A stretch of 64,000 bases of DNA, taken from NCBI RefSeq assembly GCF_006345805.1, contig NC_042997.1, forward strand, positions 169,818,001 to 169,882,000. The letters run 5' to 3'. Positions 1 to 12,305 of the stretch are shown here, piece by piece; the first letter of the stretch is position 1; every line of letters begins with the position of its first letter. The position numbers and the translations under genes were made by a program. The stretch is from Octopus sinensis. Lineage: Eukaryota. The notes beneath the pieces were generated by a model. It ran no database searches. It was given only the letters and a program-made list of their open reading frames with translations, and was not told the origin of the DNA.

Positions 1-1109
1 TATCAAACAGTGTCACCAATTCTACATGACAATTATGTTAAAAGTACATGTGCCTGTGAACTGCTCAACCACCTACACCATTCAGGAGCAGGTAATTCAG
101 TTGATTGAACTGAAACTTCATCACCAAATGATGGAGATCCACCATAATGTCTGTGTGCATGTGCATGTGTATCTGCACAAAAAAAGGAAGAAATTATTTT
201 TAAAATGGTGTTTTAATATCCCTCTGGTATATTCTTGGTATGCTAAATGTTTAGACATGTTGCAGAGGTTGTGTAGATTGGTGTAGCTTGCTGCCCTGTG
301 AGCTGTGTTTATCACTCAGTCATATAGTGTTCTTATGAAAATTGCCTTGGATGTAATTCCAAATTAGAACGCATCAGTGGAGATCATTGGAATAACTATC
401 AATAATGGGTTTGGCAATCAGGAGGTCACAGTTATTATGAACAGAAACGATGTGGTGAATGAAATCATTTCTGATTTAGGCAATAAACTCTGTGTAATTC
501 AGAGGAAAGAACTTTTTTACTACCTTTGATCAGTGTATATCATGGACATATTGCTGCTTGAATTCTTTGGAACAAAATAAGCCACAAATAGAAACTACCT
601 GAATATGCTATTTTTTTTTTTTTGTTTTTTGCTGCATATCAGTTCGGTTTGAACTCCAGCATTCATTGAAAAATCTAGATTTGGTTATGCATGCTAACCT
701 TATTTTGTTGTAAGATTTAAAATTTAAGGTATACTGTTGAAATAGATTTGGTTGGTATATGAAGTCTGACATGTAGTTATGTAAGGGTTTCCCTTTTTAA
801 TGTTTTGTACATAGGAAAGAAGTTTGTATGTATCTCTTTGCTAAGAAATTTGCTAATTCTAAGAGCAGCAGTTTTAGTTGTACTTCATGGAGAATACCTA
901 ATAAGTTGTTCATTGTAGTTTAAATTTCTGTTGTCTTTTGTATGCCCCCACCCACCCAATTACTGACACTACTTGTTGGTTTAATTCCTGACAGCAATGC
1001 CACTGTGACCTCCCCGTTGCTGACAAGAAGTGAGATTTAAACTCTGTATGTACACAGTTGGAACAGATATACAAGACATTCTATCTAAAGATCTGACCAT
1101 TCCTCCAAT

Positions 1110-1260
1110 CCACTACCCTGGATTGGTATGTTATTTATTGAACCTGTAAGGATGAAAAACACACTTGACTCCTCAGCAGGATTTGAACTTTGAGTGCAGT
1201 CAACAAATGCCTAAAAGCTTTCTATCTGACTTTCTAATGCCTCTGCCAATTTGCTACCTT
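1110..1260 (-). mobile_element. Degenerate tRNA-derived SINE, family B
   Basis: Matches the better-preserved family B copies at 11707-11939 and 59587-59817 (aaggatgaaa...ggatttgaact...tctgccaatt). Confidence 0.55.
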
Positions 1261-1399
1261 TCAGCATATTAATTACACCATTGTTAAGAATAGCTCAGAT
1301 AGATATTATAGCTTACTAGAAAATAAGAATTCTATAATCAAAATTATTTGATCAGTTTTACATAATAGTAATGATTCATGTCCAATAGCAATTATGATG

Positions 1400-1608
1400 T
1401 TATCGTTTGTTGCCTCAGGTCAGACTTCATTGAACATATATATATATATACCCTCAAAGGTGTTCAAGCCTTGAGCATCGTATCTTTTTGTATATCAAAG
1501 ACTACAATATCCAATGTGTCCTTCCTATTTTTTTTTAAGGACAGTAAGATGGGCTTTAAAAAAAGATTTGGTTGCTATTACTAGCAGGTTGAACGACCAT
1601 TTAGAGGT
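1400..1608 (+). repeat. Unclassified dispersed repeat, family D
   Basis: Motifs caggtca..ctgatc..gcagacct and tccaatgtgtccttcc...gatttggttgctatt.ctagcagg recur near 8215, 33060, 33545, 35235, 38790, 45540, 47000 and 49030. Confidence 0.6.
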
Positions 1609-2584
1609 TTTCTTTATTGGGTGGTGATAGCCGTCACAGCAGTTCAGTTTAAAACATTCAAGCAAATTGCTTACTTTTTTTATTGACTGAAATCGTGTGA
1701 TATTCACCAATTAACAGATATGAATATTGAGCTTACTTTGACATCCAGAATTTCCTTCTAATATAACATGACCAAACATGTATCTATTCTTGAATGTGTG
1801 TTTAATTAGCATGTGCAAAATTCACATTTTTACTTTTGAGTGCATAAGAAAATCAATCTGAAAATCAATTTCACACTAAAAGCTTTATTAATAGTTAGTT
1901 ACAAGTTTGAGTTAGTTACTGCTATCATACCGGAAATTAAAAACATTTTTGAAATTTATTTATTCGTAGAATCCACACTTTGTAATGGATAAATCAATTA
2001 TAGCATAAAGAAAATTTATTTTATGGGTTTTTTTTTTGGTGAAGGGGGGGGGGAGTAGGTTAAATAACATTATCACTTTCCTTTTGCTTGTTAGAATCAC
2101 CAAGCAACAAAACATTTTATTGATATACATCTTACCTGTCTGGTCTTTAACTTATCTAAGCAAAAATATGTTTATATATTATCAGAATACATTATTGCAT
2201 TTCCATGATATTCCATGCATTTTCAATAATTTAGAGTTTATATAAAGCCCCTTCAAATTTAATATTCTGTGCAGTTTCTAATATCTTTACAACAAATACA
2301 ATTCCAATCTTCTGTTATAAAATATATGAGGCCTACCTTTAATAGCTCACATAAGTTAAATATTTAAAAGTGCCATTTATTAAATTTAAGACAGGCAACT
2401 TTGCAATTTAATCGCATATTTTATTTAAAAGGAAAATCACTTTTCTTTAAAAGAGTTATGTGATGAAAATTATTTTTGGATTTTTTTAAACTTATAGAAA
2501 AGCTATAGAATAAACACCCATCACCAGTACAATAGTTAATCCTTTGTGTTGTTTATTGTAATTTTGTGTGGAGTGATATTTTAA

Positions 2585-2773
2585 AGCTTTTTAGCATTTA
2601 CACCAGCCATATCCAACCCAAATATTTTACAAGTTTTATGTGCAGATCAGCCAGATCTAACCTTTCACACCAACTCTACATTATCATTCTAAAAATTAAC
2701 AGCAACCTCATCAAAATCTTGAAAGCCACAAAATAATGCATGATTAATGCAAAACAATGTGAATGCTAAAGGC
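2585..2773 (-). mobile_element. piggyBac-type MITE family 1, internally deleted
   Basis: TTAA at 2581-2584 and 2774-2777; ends (ag)ctttttagcatt / aatgctaaaggc; reverse-complement similarity to 22116-22337. Confidence 0.65.
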
Positions 2774-2877
2774 TTAATACATCTTCAGTGTTGTTAACAT
2801 CTAACTGAAGGAGTAAAATTTTAGATACTGATATTGACAGTTTCTAAATTACCTGTTAAAATAATAATCAGTGCTTG

Positions 2878-2910
2878 ACACGCACGCACGCACGCACGCA
2901 CGGACGGACG

Positions 2911-2950
<40 letters not shown>

Positions 2951-3008
2951 CGGACGAGTAATATTTTAGATATGATATTATATATATATATTATATTATA
3001 ATAATAAT

Positions 3009-3058
<50 letters not shown>

Positions 3059-3060
3059 GT
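2878..3060. repeat. Compound microsatellite (CACG)n/(CGGA)n/(CA)n/(TA)n
   Basis: Directly visible simple repeats. Confidence 0.95.
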
Positions 3061-3134
3061 AAAGAGTTACACAGTTTGGAAGATGACTCTTATGTTGAAT
3101 TATTCAGTCCATTCCAACTTAAAATTTCAGACAT

Positions 3135-3555
3135 TATATTAGGATCTCCTGAGTGATCTTACTCAACAGAGTGTGTAGCACAGAGCTGAGTTGCAACTTC
3201 TTTGCATTGAGAGGCCACAGCTCCAGTACTATGGACATGTAATCAGAATGTTGCAGGAAACAATTGCAAAACTGATTCTTCGAGCCAAGCAGAGGACTTA
3301 GAGTTAGCCCAAGAATGAGATGGTTGCATAATATTCTTAGTCTCAGCAGGTCACACTTGAGAATGCAGCTGGAAAGCATTATGATGGTTGCTTCTGATTG
3401 GACTCTATGGGGGAGGTACCTTAGAACTCTACCCTCATGACCCTCCCCGGAATAATGGACAGAGAAGATGGATAGATAGCAATGGTGATAGTAGTGTGTC
3501 ATCTTGAATATGATGATGATGACGGTGATGATAATGATAACAACAACGACAAAAA
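3135..3555 (+). mobile_element. Decayed RTE-clade LINE 3' end
   Basis: Plus frames give ERPQLQYYGHVIRMLQETIAKLIL and RVSPRMRWLHNI, typical of the RTE C-terminal RLRWYGHV.RM ... RGRPR.RW region; followed by a (GAT)n tail. Confidence 0.7.
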
Positions 3556-4441
3556 TATATGAACCACTTTGGTCAAAATTCTCCAATAGAATTGATAAAT
3601 TCCTTTCTGCTGTATTTACCATTCCATTATGTCTAAATCTGAATTACGATTGTTTTCAGAGCATCCACTCACTGTGAATTGTAGAAAGCAGTCAAATTAA
3701 CAGATAACTGGATTTACTACCTGGTTTTCACTCCAGGGTGCAGCTATTTCACTTCTCTTGTATTGCTAATAAATATGGGAAGGGATGCATATTCTCCTTT
3801 CTTGTCCTAAGATTCTATTTCTGCTGATAAAGGACTCCTTTATTTGCAAAATCCTGCTCTGTAATCTGTGAGTTTGAAGAATGATTAAGCAATGAAAGCT
3901 GAAGATGAGTAATAACTTCTAGGAAATAAATATGAAGTGTTGAATATCCTATATAAATCAGTAAGGTACTTGTTCATGAGGAGGTAAGGAAGATTATTGG
4001 AAATTAGATATAATTAGATATAACTCTATCATAATTTATTGAGAAACTGAAAGAGGGAGAGAGCATGTATAACAGAGATAAGAGTTTAGGGTTGTGCACA
4101 CGTGTGTGTGTGTGAGAGAGAGAGAGAGGTTTGAATTATTAGGAATGATACAAACAGAAAGCTAGCAACAGTTTGGGTAAGTTAAGAAATACATGATAAA
4201 TAATTTTAGATTGATCTTTGGGGTTTAGGCATGGGAGAAGAAGTAATCAATAATTGCAAAAATTAAAAAGAAAAACTTGTTAAAACTAATTATTAAGTTA
4301 ACATGAAGAACATGCCAGGAATTGGAAATGAATAAACTCTCTAGGCTATGTATTCAGAACTTTACTTTTCATTCACATGTGCATGTGCTTGTGTATGTAT
4401 GTGTATGTATGTATGCATGTTTGTATGTCTGTGTGTATACA

Positions 4442-4483
<42 letters not shown>

Positions 4484-4910
4484 CCTGTCATGTGACAGAT
4501 AACTTTGGAAGTATTCTTTCGCCACCATGGGTAATATCAGGAGATATGGCATATATGCAATTATTATAATTTAACTTCTATCAAATTTCTTGGTACTTAT
4601 ACAAAATGATGAAATGAATATTAATTTTCAAATGAAAAATATTTATTACTTGAAAATAAAATCAAATAAAACAAATTTCCTATTTGTATACCTCTTCCTA
4701 TAGCTATGCAATTTTCTCCCTCTACTCCTCTTCTGTCTCTATAATTCTTTCTCTCTCACCAAAAGTATGAGTATAGCAGTCTTTTGCTCATCCTGTGCCT
4801 CTAATATCAACTCTCTTTGTATCTCCCTTTTATTCTCTCATTCCCTCTCAAAATAATGTAAAGCATGCCTCATGCCTGAAGAAATCAACCAACCAACTAA
4901 CATTTCTATC

Positions 4911-4946
<36 letters not shown>

Positions 4947-4964
4947 ACACACACATACATATCA

Positions 4965-5395
4965 TCATTGTCATCATCATCATTGAATGTCCATTTTCCA
5001 TGCTGGCATGGGTTGGACGGTTTGGCTGAAAACTGGTAAGCTGGGGAGCTGCACCAGGTTTCAGTCTAATTTGGCATGGTTTCTACAAGTGGATGCCCTT
5101 CCTAATGCCAGCCACTCCAAGAGTGTAATGTGTACTTTTTACATGCCACCAGCATGTGTACCAGTTACAAAACACTAGCATCGGCCACAACTGCAATCTC
5201 ACTTTGTTTGACAGGTCTTCTCAAGCATGGTATATTGCCAAAGGTCTCAGTCACTTGTCACTGCCTTCTTGAGGCCCAAAGTTTGAAGGGTGCTTTTTTA
5301 CGCGCCACCGGCACAGGTGCCAGTTATGAGACACTGGCATTGGCCATGGCTATGATTTCACTTGGCTTGATGAGTCTTCTCAAACATGGCATGAA
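4965..5395 (-). mobile_element. 5'-truncated RTE LINE 3' end/3'UTR
   Basis: Reverse complement of the RTE 3' region at 51280-51770, ending in a (GAT)n tail, seen as (CAT)n on the plus strand. Confidence 0.8.
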
Positions 5396-7394
5396 TAATT
5401 CAAAATTACAGTTCATGTAATTTGACAGGGATCAATTAGAACTATTACTGGACTTTTTCCATTTGAGTTTCTTATGTTATTCATTGTTTCCAAGGAAGTT
5501 TGATTTTTGTTTGGGTTTTATGTATGGTACATTTGCAAATAGACTTTATTTTTCATATCAAGAAGATATGTGCTTATTCTGCTAACCTCTAGAACTAACA
5601 TACACATGTGCATGAGTATTCATTTTACTGTTTGTGATTTTGAGGAATTTAAGGTGGGGACTAAGTGAAGAGCTGAGGGCATGATTATTAAGCAGAAACA
5701 AACATATGTCTTTCTTTATCTTAAGAGTTATGCACTCAACCCCTCCTTTGTGTTGCAACAAACATTTCCTTTTCAATTAAATGCAGATGATAATTATAAT
5801 TACATAATTCATATGTTCTTTTCATGATAACTAGATGCTTTAGAATCTTCAATTCTGATCTCTCAAATATCTTGAGAAACTGTTTGTTTGATTTTTTTTT
5901 GTTTTTTTATTCAGTGTTTCACTTCAGCATTAATGTTATATTTTAGTATTTCCTCTTGGTTTACTTTTCTTGTTTCTTATGGTTACTAATATTTAAACTG
6001 TGTTCATTTTTGTTGTTATTTTTCTTTTATTTTGTTTGTGAATTGGAAAAAAAGAATTCTGATTAAATGAGCTGCAATTTACATGAAATTGTTTTCTAAG
6101 AACTATAATTAGGTCATTTAGAGAAATCAATATAATAAATTCTGCTCAAATTTTCAACAATGCATGATTCAAATCAAACAGGTTGTTCCTTCACTGTTTG
6201 TCCTGCTTCTTCTTAAACCTCTTAGTGGAGCCAAAAGATTTAACAACTGGCTCTTATGAAGCACTTAACCTATTTTATAGTTGAAGCATTAATTGCTTAT
6301 CTGGCTTTATGAAAAGCCAAATTTTCTTCATATCCAAGAATCCTTTCTGTTTCTAAGAGCAAAGAAGACATAAAGTGTAAACAAGTTTGAATATATGTTA
6401 AGACCAGGAACTAAGCCTATTTTATAAGCTTCCAATACCTCAAGGTTCAATTTTATTGACCAAAATGAGAAAAAATTTTAAAAATTAGAATATCGTAGTA
6501 ACATTTCTGAAAGTTAATATATTATATATTCATAAATCATTAGATTATTATTAAATTTCAATCTCTCCCACCCCACCCCACCCCTGCCACTTCTCATTTT
6601 ACAAGCTGTAAAAGTAATCAGCTTTTTATTCTTTTATTCATGTATCACATTTTAACAGCATCTTATTAAAATTAACTCCACTCATATCTGATTTAATATG
6701 ACTTTTATCAATAGAGAAATTTGTTGATAGATAAAGCAAAGCTTATCTTGATAATGATATGCAAATGTTGTGTAATCCGAAATTCTTTTTTCAATTCTGT
6801 ATACAAATTGATGCAGCTTTCAAAAGTAATCCAGTTTGACAAAATAATTTCCTGTCTCTGTCTGTCATCTTTCTCCTGTATATCATCTCGTATTGGATTA
6901 CTATAACTTACAACATATTTTAATGTAACAAAACATAATTGCTTTGGAGTCATAATGGTTTTAATTAATCACTTGCTAGATTAAATTGTAAAATTCTAAT
7001 TTTTCAACTGCTGAAATCAATATTTTTTTTAAACAACTCATCAAACTATTCTTGTGAAACGATGATGCCAATTTCTAATCTCTTCAATTAAAATCAATTG
7101 CAGCATTTAAAATAATAATAATAATGATATATAATAATAATAATAATAATATAATTACTACTACTACTACTACTTTTAATATCTTTCATGCTAAACCATG
7201 CTAATATTGACCAGAAACATAATGTTCATTGTGTTGTGAAGACATTGATCTTATTCAGAAATGTTATTGTCAAATGGTATTATAACAGTTTTGGGAAACT
7301 ATTATTGCTGTTTCTATGATTTTATTTTATAGTTTGGAATACTGCTTTGTCTAATTTTTTATGTTGCTACTAGTGATGAGTGACTAAATACCAA

Positions 7395-7740
7395 GGTTTT
7401 TAGTAGAGCATTTGATCATGCGCATTGCAATGTTCAATTGTGTCACTCTGAGTTCAGGTCTGGCTTCAGTCAGTTTTGCTTTTCATCTCTTCAAGATTGG
7501 TTAACCCTTTTGTTACCATATTTCTGTTGAAATACACTGCTTTTGTTTCAATTATTTTTGAAAATAAAGAAGAATTGACTAATATAGCTTCACCATTATT
7601 TAACTGGTGTTTTGAACATAAATTAACGTGAAATTTTGATGGGAAGTTGTATTATAGAACCTTGAGGCAGCCTCAGGTAGATTGGTGTCAAAAGAGCTAA
7701 ATAAATACCAGTAATATATTGATGTGTTCAATCAGTCAAC
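7395..7740 (+). mobile_element. Old family B SINE interrupted by a MITE
   Basis: ctctgagttcag...ttttgcttttcatc before 7501 and ataaataccagt after 7700. Confidence 0.6.
7505..7696 (+). mobile_element. piggyBac-type MITE family 2
   Basis: TTAA (7501-7504), then cccttttgttacc ... ggtgtcaaaagag, then CTAA; homologous to 16257-16474 and 35002-35171. Confidence 0.75.
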
Positions 7741-8214
7741 TATACCTATCTCTTGGGGAAAGAAAAATTGTTCTGCAGATAAACAAAAGAAATAAATATT
7801 TGTTAGATATACAAACAGTTATAAAATCCAAGTACTTAACAAAATAGAATATGAATACTTGCTCTTGGCTCATGTGTTTTGAAGCTATTGCAACATTATA
7901 TCTTAGCTTTGAGTAAAGAACTTTACTTAAACTTTGCAGCAGAAGCAGATTTTCAGATTGGCAATTCTGATGGAAGGATTGATACAACGTATGGTGCATT
8001 TCATTGTAAATCTGATTTGATATACTTTCTGAAATGTGTACTTTATGTCACTATATATTACGTTACATATTAGAACATCACAGAAAGTATGAAATTCTTT
8101 ATTTTTAAAAAAAATATTTTAGACAGGAACATTTCTTATACATGAGTTGTCTTAGCTATTCCAATATGCTGACCTATTGACTTTTCTTTTTACAACATGA
8201 TTCATTGAAGGCAC

Positions 8215-8375
8215 CTGTAAATGGTTGCTGAAACAGCTAGAAATAACAGTGAAATCTTCCTCAAATTGCATGATATTTTTCCATCTTGAATAATGAAAGA
8301 ACACAGTATCCTAGAGATTCCTCTAAAAAGATCAAATGGTCATGGTTGACCTAAGATAAACAATAGCAACTATTT
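8215..8375 (-). repeat. Family D dispersed repeat
   Basis: aacagctagaaataacag..aaatcttcctcaa ... ggttgacctaagataaacaa, the reverse of 1400-1608. Confidence 0.55.
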
Positions 8376-8447
8376 TCAATACTGAAGAAATTTGAATGTC
8401 CTGAGTTTCTCAAAAAACTAGTTCCAAACTATATCATTAAATAAAGT

Positions 8448-8479
<32 letters not shown>

Positions 8480-8650
8480 CTCCCTCCTTTTACTCTAAAC
8501 TGTTATCAACATACATAATCTTCATTTTACACCTGCTTTTACTTGTTGGTATGGCTCAGACAGATCTTCAAAGTCTGAATCAGTTACTTGCCCACCCACC
8601 CCTAGTTGGGCTGCAGAACACATTCATTCACATGTTCCATTTTTTATATA

Positions 8651-9152
8651 CTGTAAATCTTCTAGTATAGTCCGCCCTTGAGTATAATATTCAGGGGATA
8701 TTTAGGGGGCTGTACTTCTGAAAAACCTAAACCTTGTGTATAATACGCACCCCTTGAGTCAAGGAGGTCTGTATAACGTCCTTGGTTTGTAAAAATGTAT
8801 ACGGTAACGTTCTTTATTATTATTGTATGTATAACATAATGCAACGTGTAGCTTTTTTGTGCATTTTGTTTGCAGAAAATAAAGAAATAACAGTAATAAC
8901 ATTTAATAAATGTTGCTTACTGCAAGTTATGGATGATTCTTTTATGACTTCATTGATTTCAGGCTTAGCTTAAGGTATTTTCGTGCCCTACATCACAAAA
9001 TGCGTCTGAATAAACATTGCTGGACAGCAAATAGAGACTCGGACATTGCTTAGAAAATATTTTTCATTTTTAACCTTGTGTATAATATGCACTAGGGATT
9101 TTGACCTTTAAATTTTGGGAAAAATATGCGGATTATACTTGAGGATTTACAG
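8651..9152 (+). mobile_element. Tc1/mariner-pogo superfamily MITE, 502 bp, non-autonomous
   Basis: TIRs ctgtaaatcttctagtatagtccgc / gcggattatacttgaggatttacag, TA on both sides, no transposase ORF; second copy inverted at 57232-57733. Confidence 0.85.
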
Positions 9153-9364
9153 TATATGATTTCTATGTCTGAATGCTCTTCCTATCACAAACAGTTTTAC
9201 AAAGTGTACTGGATGCATTTCATCTGGTTACTAGTTGGCAGTAGTCCAAAGGGGAATATCTTGCCTCTAGAAAGACTAAAGAGCCCTTTGTATTCTACAT
9301 TGTCTCTTTTCATTTATTTACCAGCATCAGGAAAGTTGTGTCATTTTCAACAAGACTGAAGAAA

Positions 9365-9600
9365 ATCCTCTCTTCTTTGTTTTGTCTCTGCTGTTTGTTT
9401 CCCTCGCAACTGGATTTTGGAGAGAGGGGACTAGTTAATTACATCGACCCCAGTGTTCAACTGGTACTTATTTTATCGACCCCCAAAAGGATGAAAAGCA
9501 AAGTCAAGTTGGTGGAATTTGAACTCAGACATAAACACAGACAAAATGCCGCTAAGCATTTTGCCCAGTGTGCTAATGATTCTGCTAGGTCACTGCCATG
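9365..9600 (-). mobile_element. Family B SINE
   Basis: catcgaccccagtg...atcgacccc.aaaggatgaaa.gcaaagtcaa...ggaatttgaactcaga; B-box gagttcaaattcc on the minus strand. Confidence 0.85.
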
Positions 9601-9966
9601 CGTTCTATTTCTCATCAAATAGGGAATGTGGTGAGGAGGAAAAAGAGGAAGTGTGGTAGAAGAGAACAAGGAAAAAGGAATAGGAAGGTGTTAGAAGAAA
9701 GTAATGTATGAGCCAAAGCAAAAAAAGATGAGAATGAAAAGAACGGCAGGGAAATAAAAGAAAATGTAATGGAGGAGATAGCGAGAGAATGGTAGTAAAA
9801 AGCCAGAACAAAAAATGTAGAAGAGAGATAAAGTAAGAGAGCATAGAAGAAGAGAGACAAGGTAATGAAAAAGAGAGCATCTGTATTCTTGGTTTGTCAC
9901 TGAATTCATTGCCAACTCTTATTGACTGTCTTGAACTTTCAGGAGTGACTTTTGTTTGTGAGTAAA

Positions 9967-10220
9967 GTGCTCTTAACCACTACACCATATGCCTATGGTG
10001 TAGTGGTTAAGAGCACGGGCTACTAACCCCAAGATTCCGAGTTCGATTCCAGGCAGTGACGTGAATAATAATAACAACAACATTGAAAAATACCTTAAGA
10101 ATGAGAACCCAGGTTCGAAATTCCCCCAAGACACCTGATGAAGGCTGGAGGGTATATCAGCGAAAAAGGTGTTAACAACAACAAGATGAGGACAAATATC
10201 CATCAAATGTAAATAATGTA
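9967..10220 (+). mobile_element. tRNA-headed short retroelement with hammerhead-like motif and 5' fold-back (Penelope-associated SINE/retrozyme-like)
   Basis: A box tggtgtagtgg, B box gagttcgattcc, perfect 23-bp inverted repeat 9967-9989/9994-10016, CTGATGA..GAAA core at 10135-10165, tgtaaataatgta tail. Confidence 0.65.
10130..10173 (+). ncRNA. Degenerate minimal type I hammerhead ribozyme motif
   Basis: Stem I acac/gtgt, CUGAUGA (10135-10141), stem II gcug/cagc, GAAA (10162-10165). The stem III/cleavage triplet reads aag and is not canonical, so this copy is probably inactive. Confidence 0.5.
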
Positions 10221-10221
10221 C

Positions 10222-10400
10222 TAGACAAAATGCTTAGTAGTTTTTCATCTGTCTTTACATTCTGATTTGAAATTCTACCAAAGTTTACTCATCTTTAGTG
10301 TGTTAATGAAATAGATACCAGTTGAGCATTGGGGTCCAATGTAATCAACTAGTTCCCCTACAAAAAAAATTCTGGTCTTGTGCCTATAGGAGAAAGGACT
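10222..10400 (+). mobile_element. Partial family B SINE
   Basis: gacaaaatgcttag...tttacattctga.ttgaaattct...ataccagttgagcattggggtc.atgtaatcaac. Confidence 0.65.
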
Positions 10401-10599
10401 ATTATTTAGTTATTTTTATTGCATGCTTTTACTGCACTACCAAGTGCAGCTCTTTATGCTTTGGGCATGTGCTGTATTTTCTTTTGGTTTTGTTACTGTT
10501 TTGAAAGCACTTTATTTAATATGTGTGTGGTACCTAACAGTACTATTTTCAGTATACTGTACCTATTTTTAAGTTCTGGGTTGTGTTATCTTTTTTTTT

Positions 10600-10950
10600 T
10601 TTTGCATGAGTTTTGGTCATTTCACAAGTATCTGTTTATAAGATTGCTTTTGTTTTTAGGCTTAATATTTATGTTATCTCTTTCCAGACTTTTATATAAT
10701 TTTTCTATCTCTTCTAGCAATACATTACCATCTTTTGGGTTGTTATGTCAATTAGAAGACATTTCTTTACTTGGTGGTCCTTGATAATAATATCTGGCCA
10801 GTTAGTTTTGATCTCCTTGTCAGAGTGTTGCCATTCTAGATCTTTTCTGGTGTATGACTATACCATCTCTTTTTTGTTAGTGTTTCATAATATTGGTATA
10901 ACTTGCACTGAATGTAAGCACCAGGTCTGTCTTTTCTGTGAATGTATGAA
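10600..10950 (-). mobile_element. R4/Dong-like non-LTR retrotransposon remnant (restriction-like endonuclease domain)
   Basis: Minus frames: YIHRKDRPGAYIQCKLYQYY..KRWYSHTPEK, HSDKEIKTNWPDIIIKDHQVKKCLLIDIT, DGNVLLEEIEK; RLE PD..D motif, with stops and frameshifts. Confidence 0.75.
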
Positions 10951-11303
10951 GATGTTAAAGTCTTGATGTTGTGTTTTGATTGTTTTAAAAAATTGTTAGA
11001 TACCATTTGCTAATTTAGTTAAAATTTTTCAATAGTATTTTCGCAATATTTCAAAACTTTACTGTAATAATAATTGCTAATTTAGAATTATATCCAGTGA
11101 ATGCTTGTCATAATTGTGTATTTGTATTACCATAATTTTATAATGGATATTTTAAGTTATTGTAATCTATCTTCAAAGAAATATATCTTTCAGATAGAAT
11201 GGTAAAGCTTATTTAAGTCTTTCTTTCAAAATCATATACCAATGTATTCTTTAAATTTATTTACTTCTAATAGAACAACTGTTAAATCATAAACATTTAA
11301 TTC
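10949..11303 (+). repeat. Diverged local duplicate, copy 1 (copy 2 at 13758-14134)
   Basis: Colinear with 13758-14134, including identical 53-nt (11114-11166 = 13927-13979) and 33-nt (11271-11303 = 14102-14134) blocks. Confidence 0.9.
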
Positions 11304-11359
11304 TTCCTTGGTTAAGGTCAGGCACCAGAGAGTATGTGGTTAATTGTTTTTTCTCTGTC

Positions 11360-11590
11360 TCCACATCCATTCTGCAGTTACTTATCATCATCATCAACAA
11401 CAACAAGGTGGTGAGATGGCAGAATCGTCAGCATGCTAGACAAAATACTCAGCATCATTTTATCTTTCTTTATGTTGTGAGTTCAAATACTGTTCTGGGC
11501 AACTTTGCCTTTCATCACTTTGAAGTCAATAAACACTGGTTTGATGTAACCAACTTACCACTATCCCTAAAATTCCAGGCAAAATTTGAA
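11360..11590 (+). mobile_element. Family B SINE
   Basis: aaggtggtgagatggcagaatcgtcagcatgctagacaaaatactcagc...gagttcaaatact...ctttgcctttcatc. Confidence 0.75.
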
Positions 11591-11706
11591 ATCTTTATTA
11601 TTATTATTATTATTATTATTATCTATAGTGCCATATTCTGCCAGCAACAAACTGACAGAATACAATCATTAGTATGTTGGACAAAATGCGTAGCAACATA
11701 TTTTCT

Positions 11707-11939
11707 TATTTCTTTATTGCCCACAAGGGGCTAAACACAGAGGGGACAAACAAGGACAGACAAAGGGATTAAGTCGATTACAGCGACCCCAGTGTGTAAC
11801 TGGTACTTAATTTATCGACCCCGAAAGGATGAAAGGCAAAGTTGACCTCGGCGGAATTTGAACTCAGAACATAACAGCAGATGAAATACCGCTAAGCATT
11901 TCACCTGGCGTGCTAATGTTTCTGCCAGCTCGCCGCCTT
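11707..11939 (-). mobile_element. Young full-length family B SINE with perfect 16-bp TSD, inserted in an older plus-strand family B copy
   Basis: TSD tagcaacatattttct at 11691-11706 and 11940-11955; CpGs retained; host SINE continues on both sides (11635-11706, 11940-12120). Confidence 0.92.
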
Positions 11940-12119
11940 TAGCAACATATTTTCTAGCTCTCTACAGTCTGTGTTCCAATTCTGTCAAGGTTGACTTTGT
12001 CTTTCATCCTTTCAAAATCAATAGAATAAGTACCAGTTGAGCACTGGAGTTGATGAAATTGCCTAGCACCATCCCACCAAGATTTCAAACCTTGTACCTA
12101 TAGTAGACAGGATTATTAT

Positions 12120-12305
12120 TATATTTTCTGTGATGCTTTTGCTCTAGCAGATGTTACATTGATATTATACCAAAAGACCCAGCTATATCCAGGGGGCCAA
12201 AGGTCCTCTGGGTCATTCTTTCTCCTTCAACTTTCCAACACCCTCCTTAGAATCCTTGCTATTCCTAACAAGGCTGTTTTCTGCAGCAGTCCTGTCTTGA
12301 TGGTA
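12120..12305 (-). mobile_element. RLE-type LINE 3' end
   Basis: Minus frame GLLQKTALLGIARILRRVLES*, the usual C-terminus of R4/Dong-like ORFs, then a short UTR abutting (TAA)n. Confidence 0.75.

Noticed and set aside
1-286. ORF 26-286 and a possible exon ending at CAG|GTAATT (position 91)
   Set aside because: Neither open frame gives a recognisable peptide, the acceptor side is outside the window, and there is no supporting downstream exon.
3134-3622. Longest ORF in the track (162 aa, minus)
   Set aside because: It is the antisense reading of a decayed RTE 3' end plus its (GAT)n tail.
9990-10055. tRNA gene
   Set aside because: A and B boxes are present, but the T stem and acceptor stem do not close and the sequence runs on into a repeat body. 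It is a tRNA-derived head, not a tRNA.
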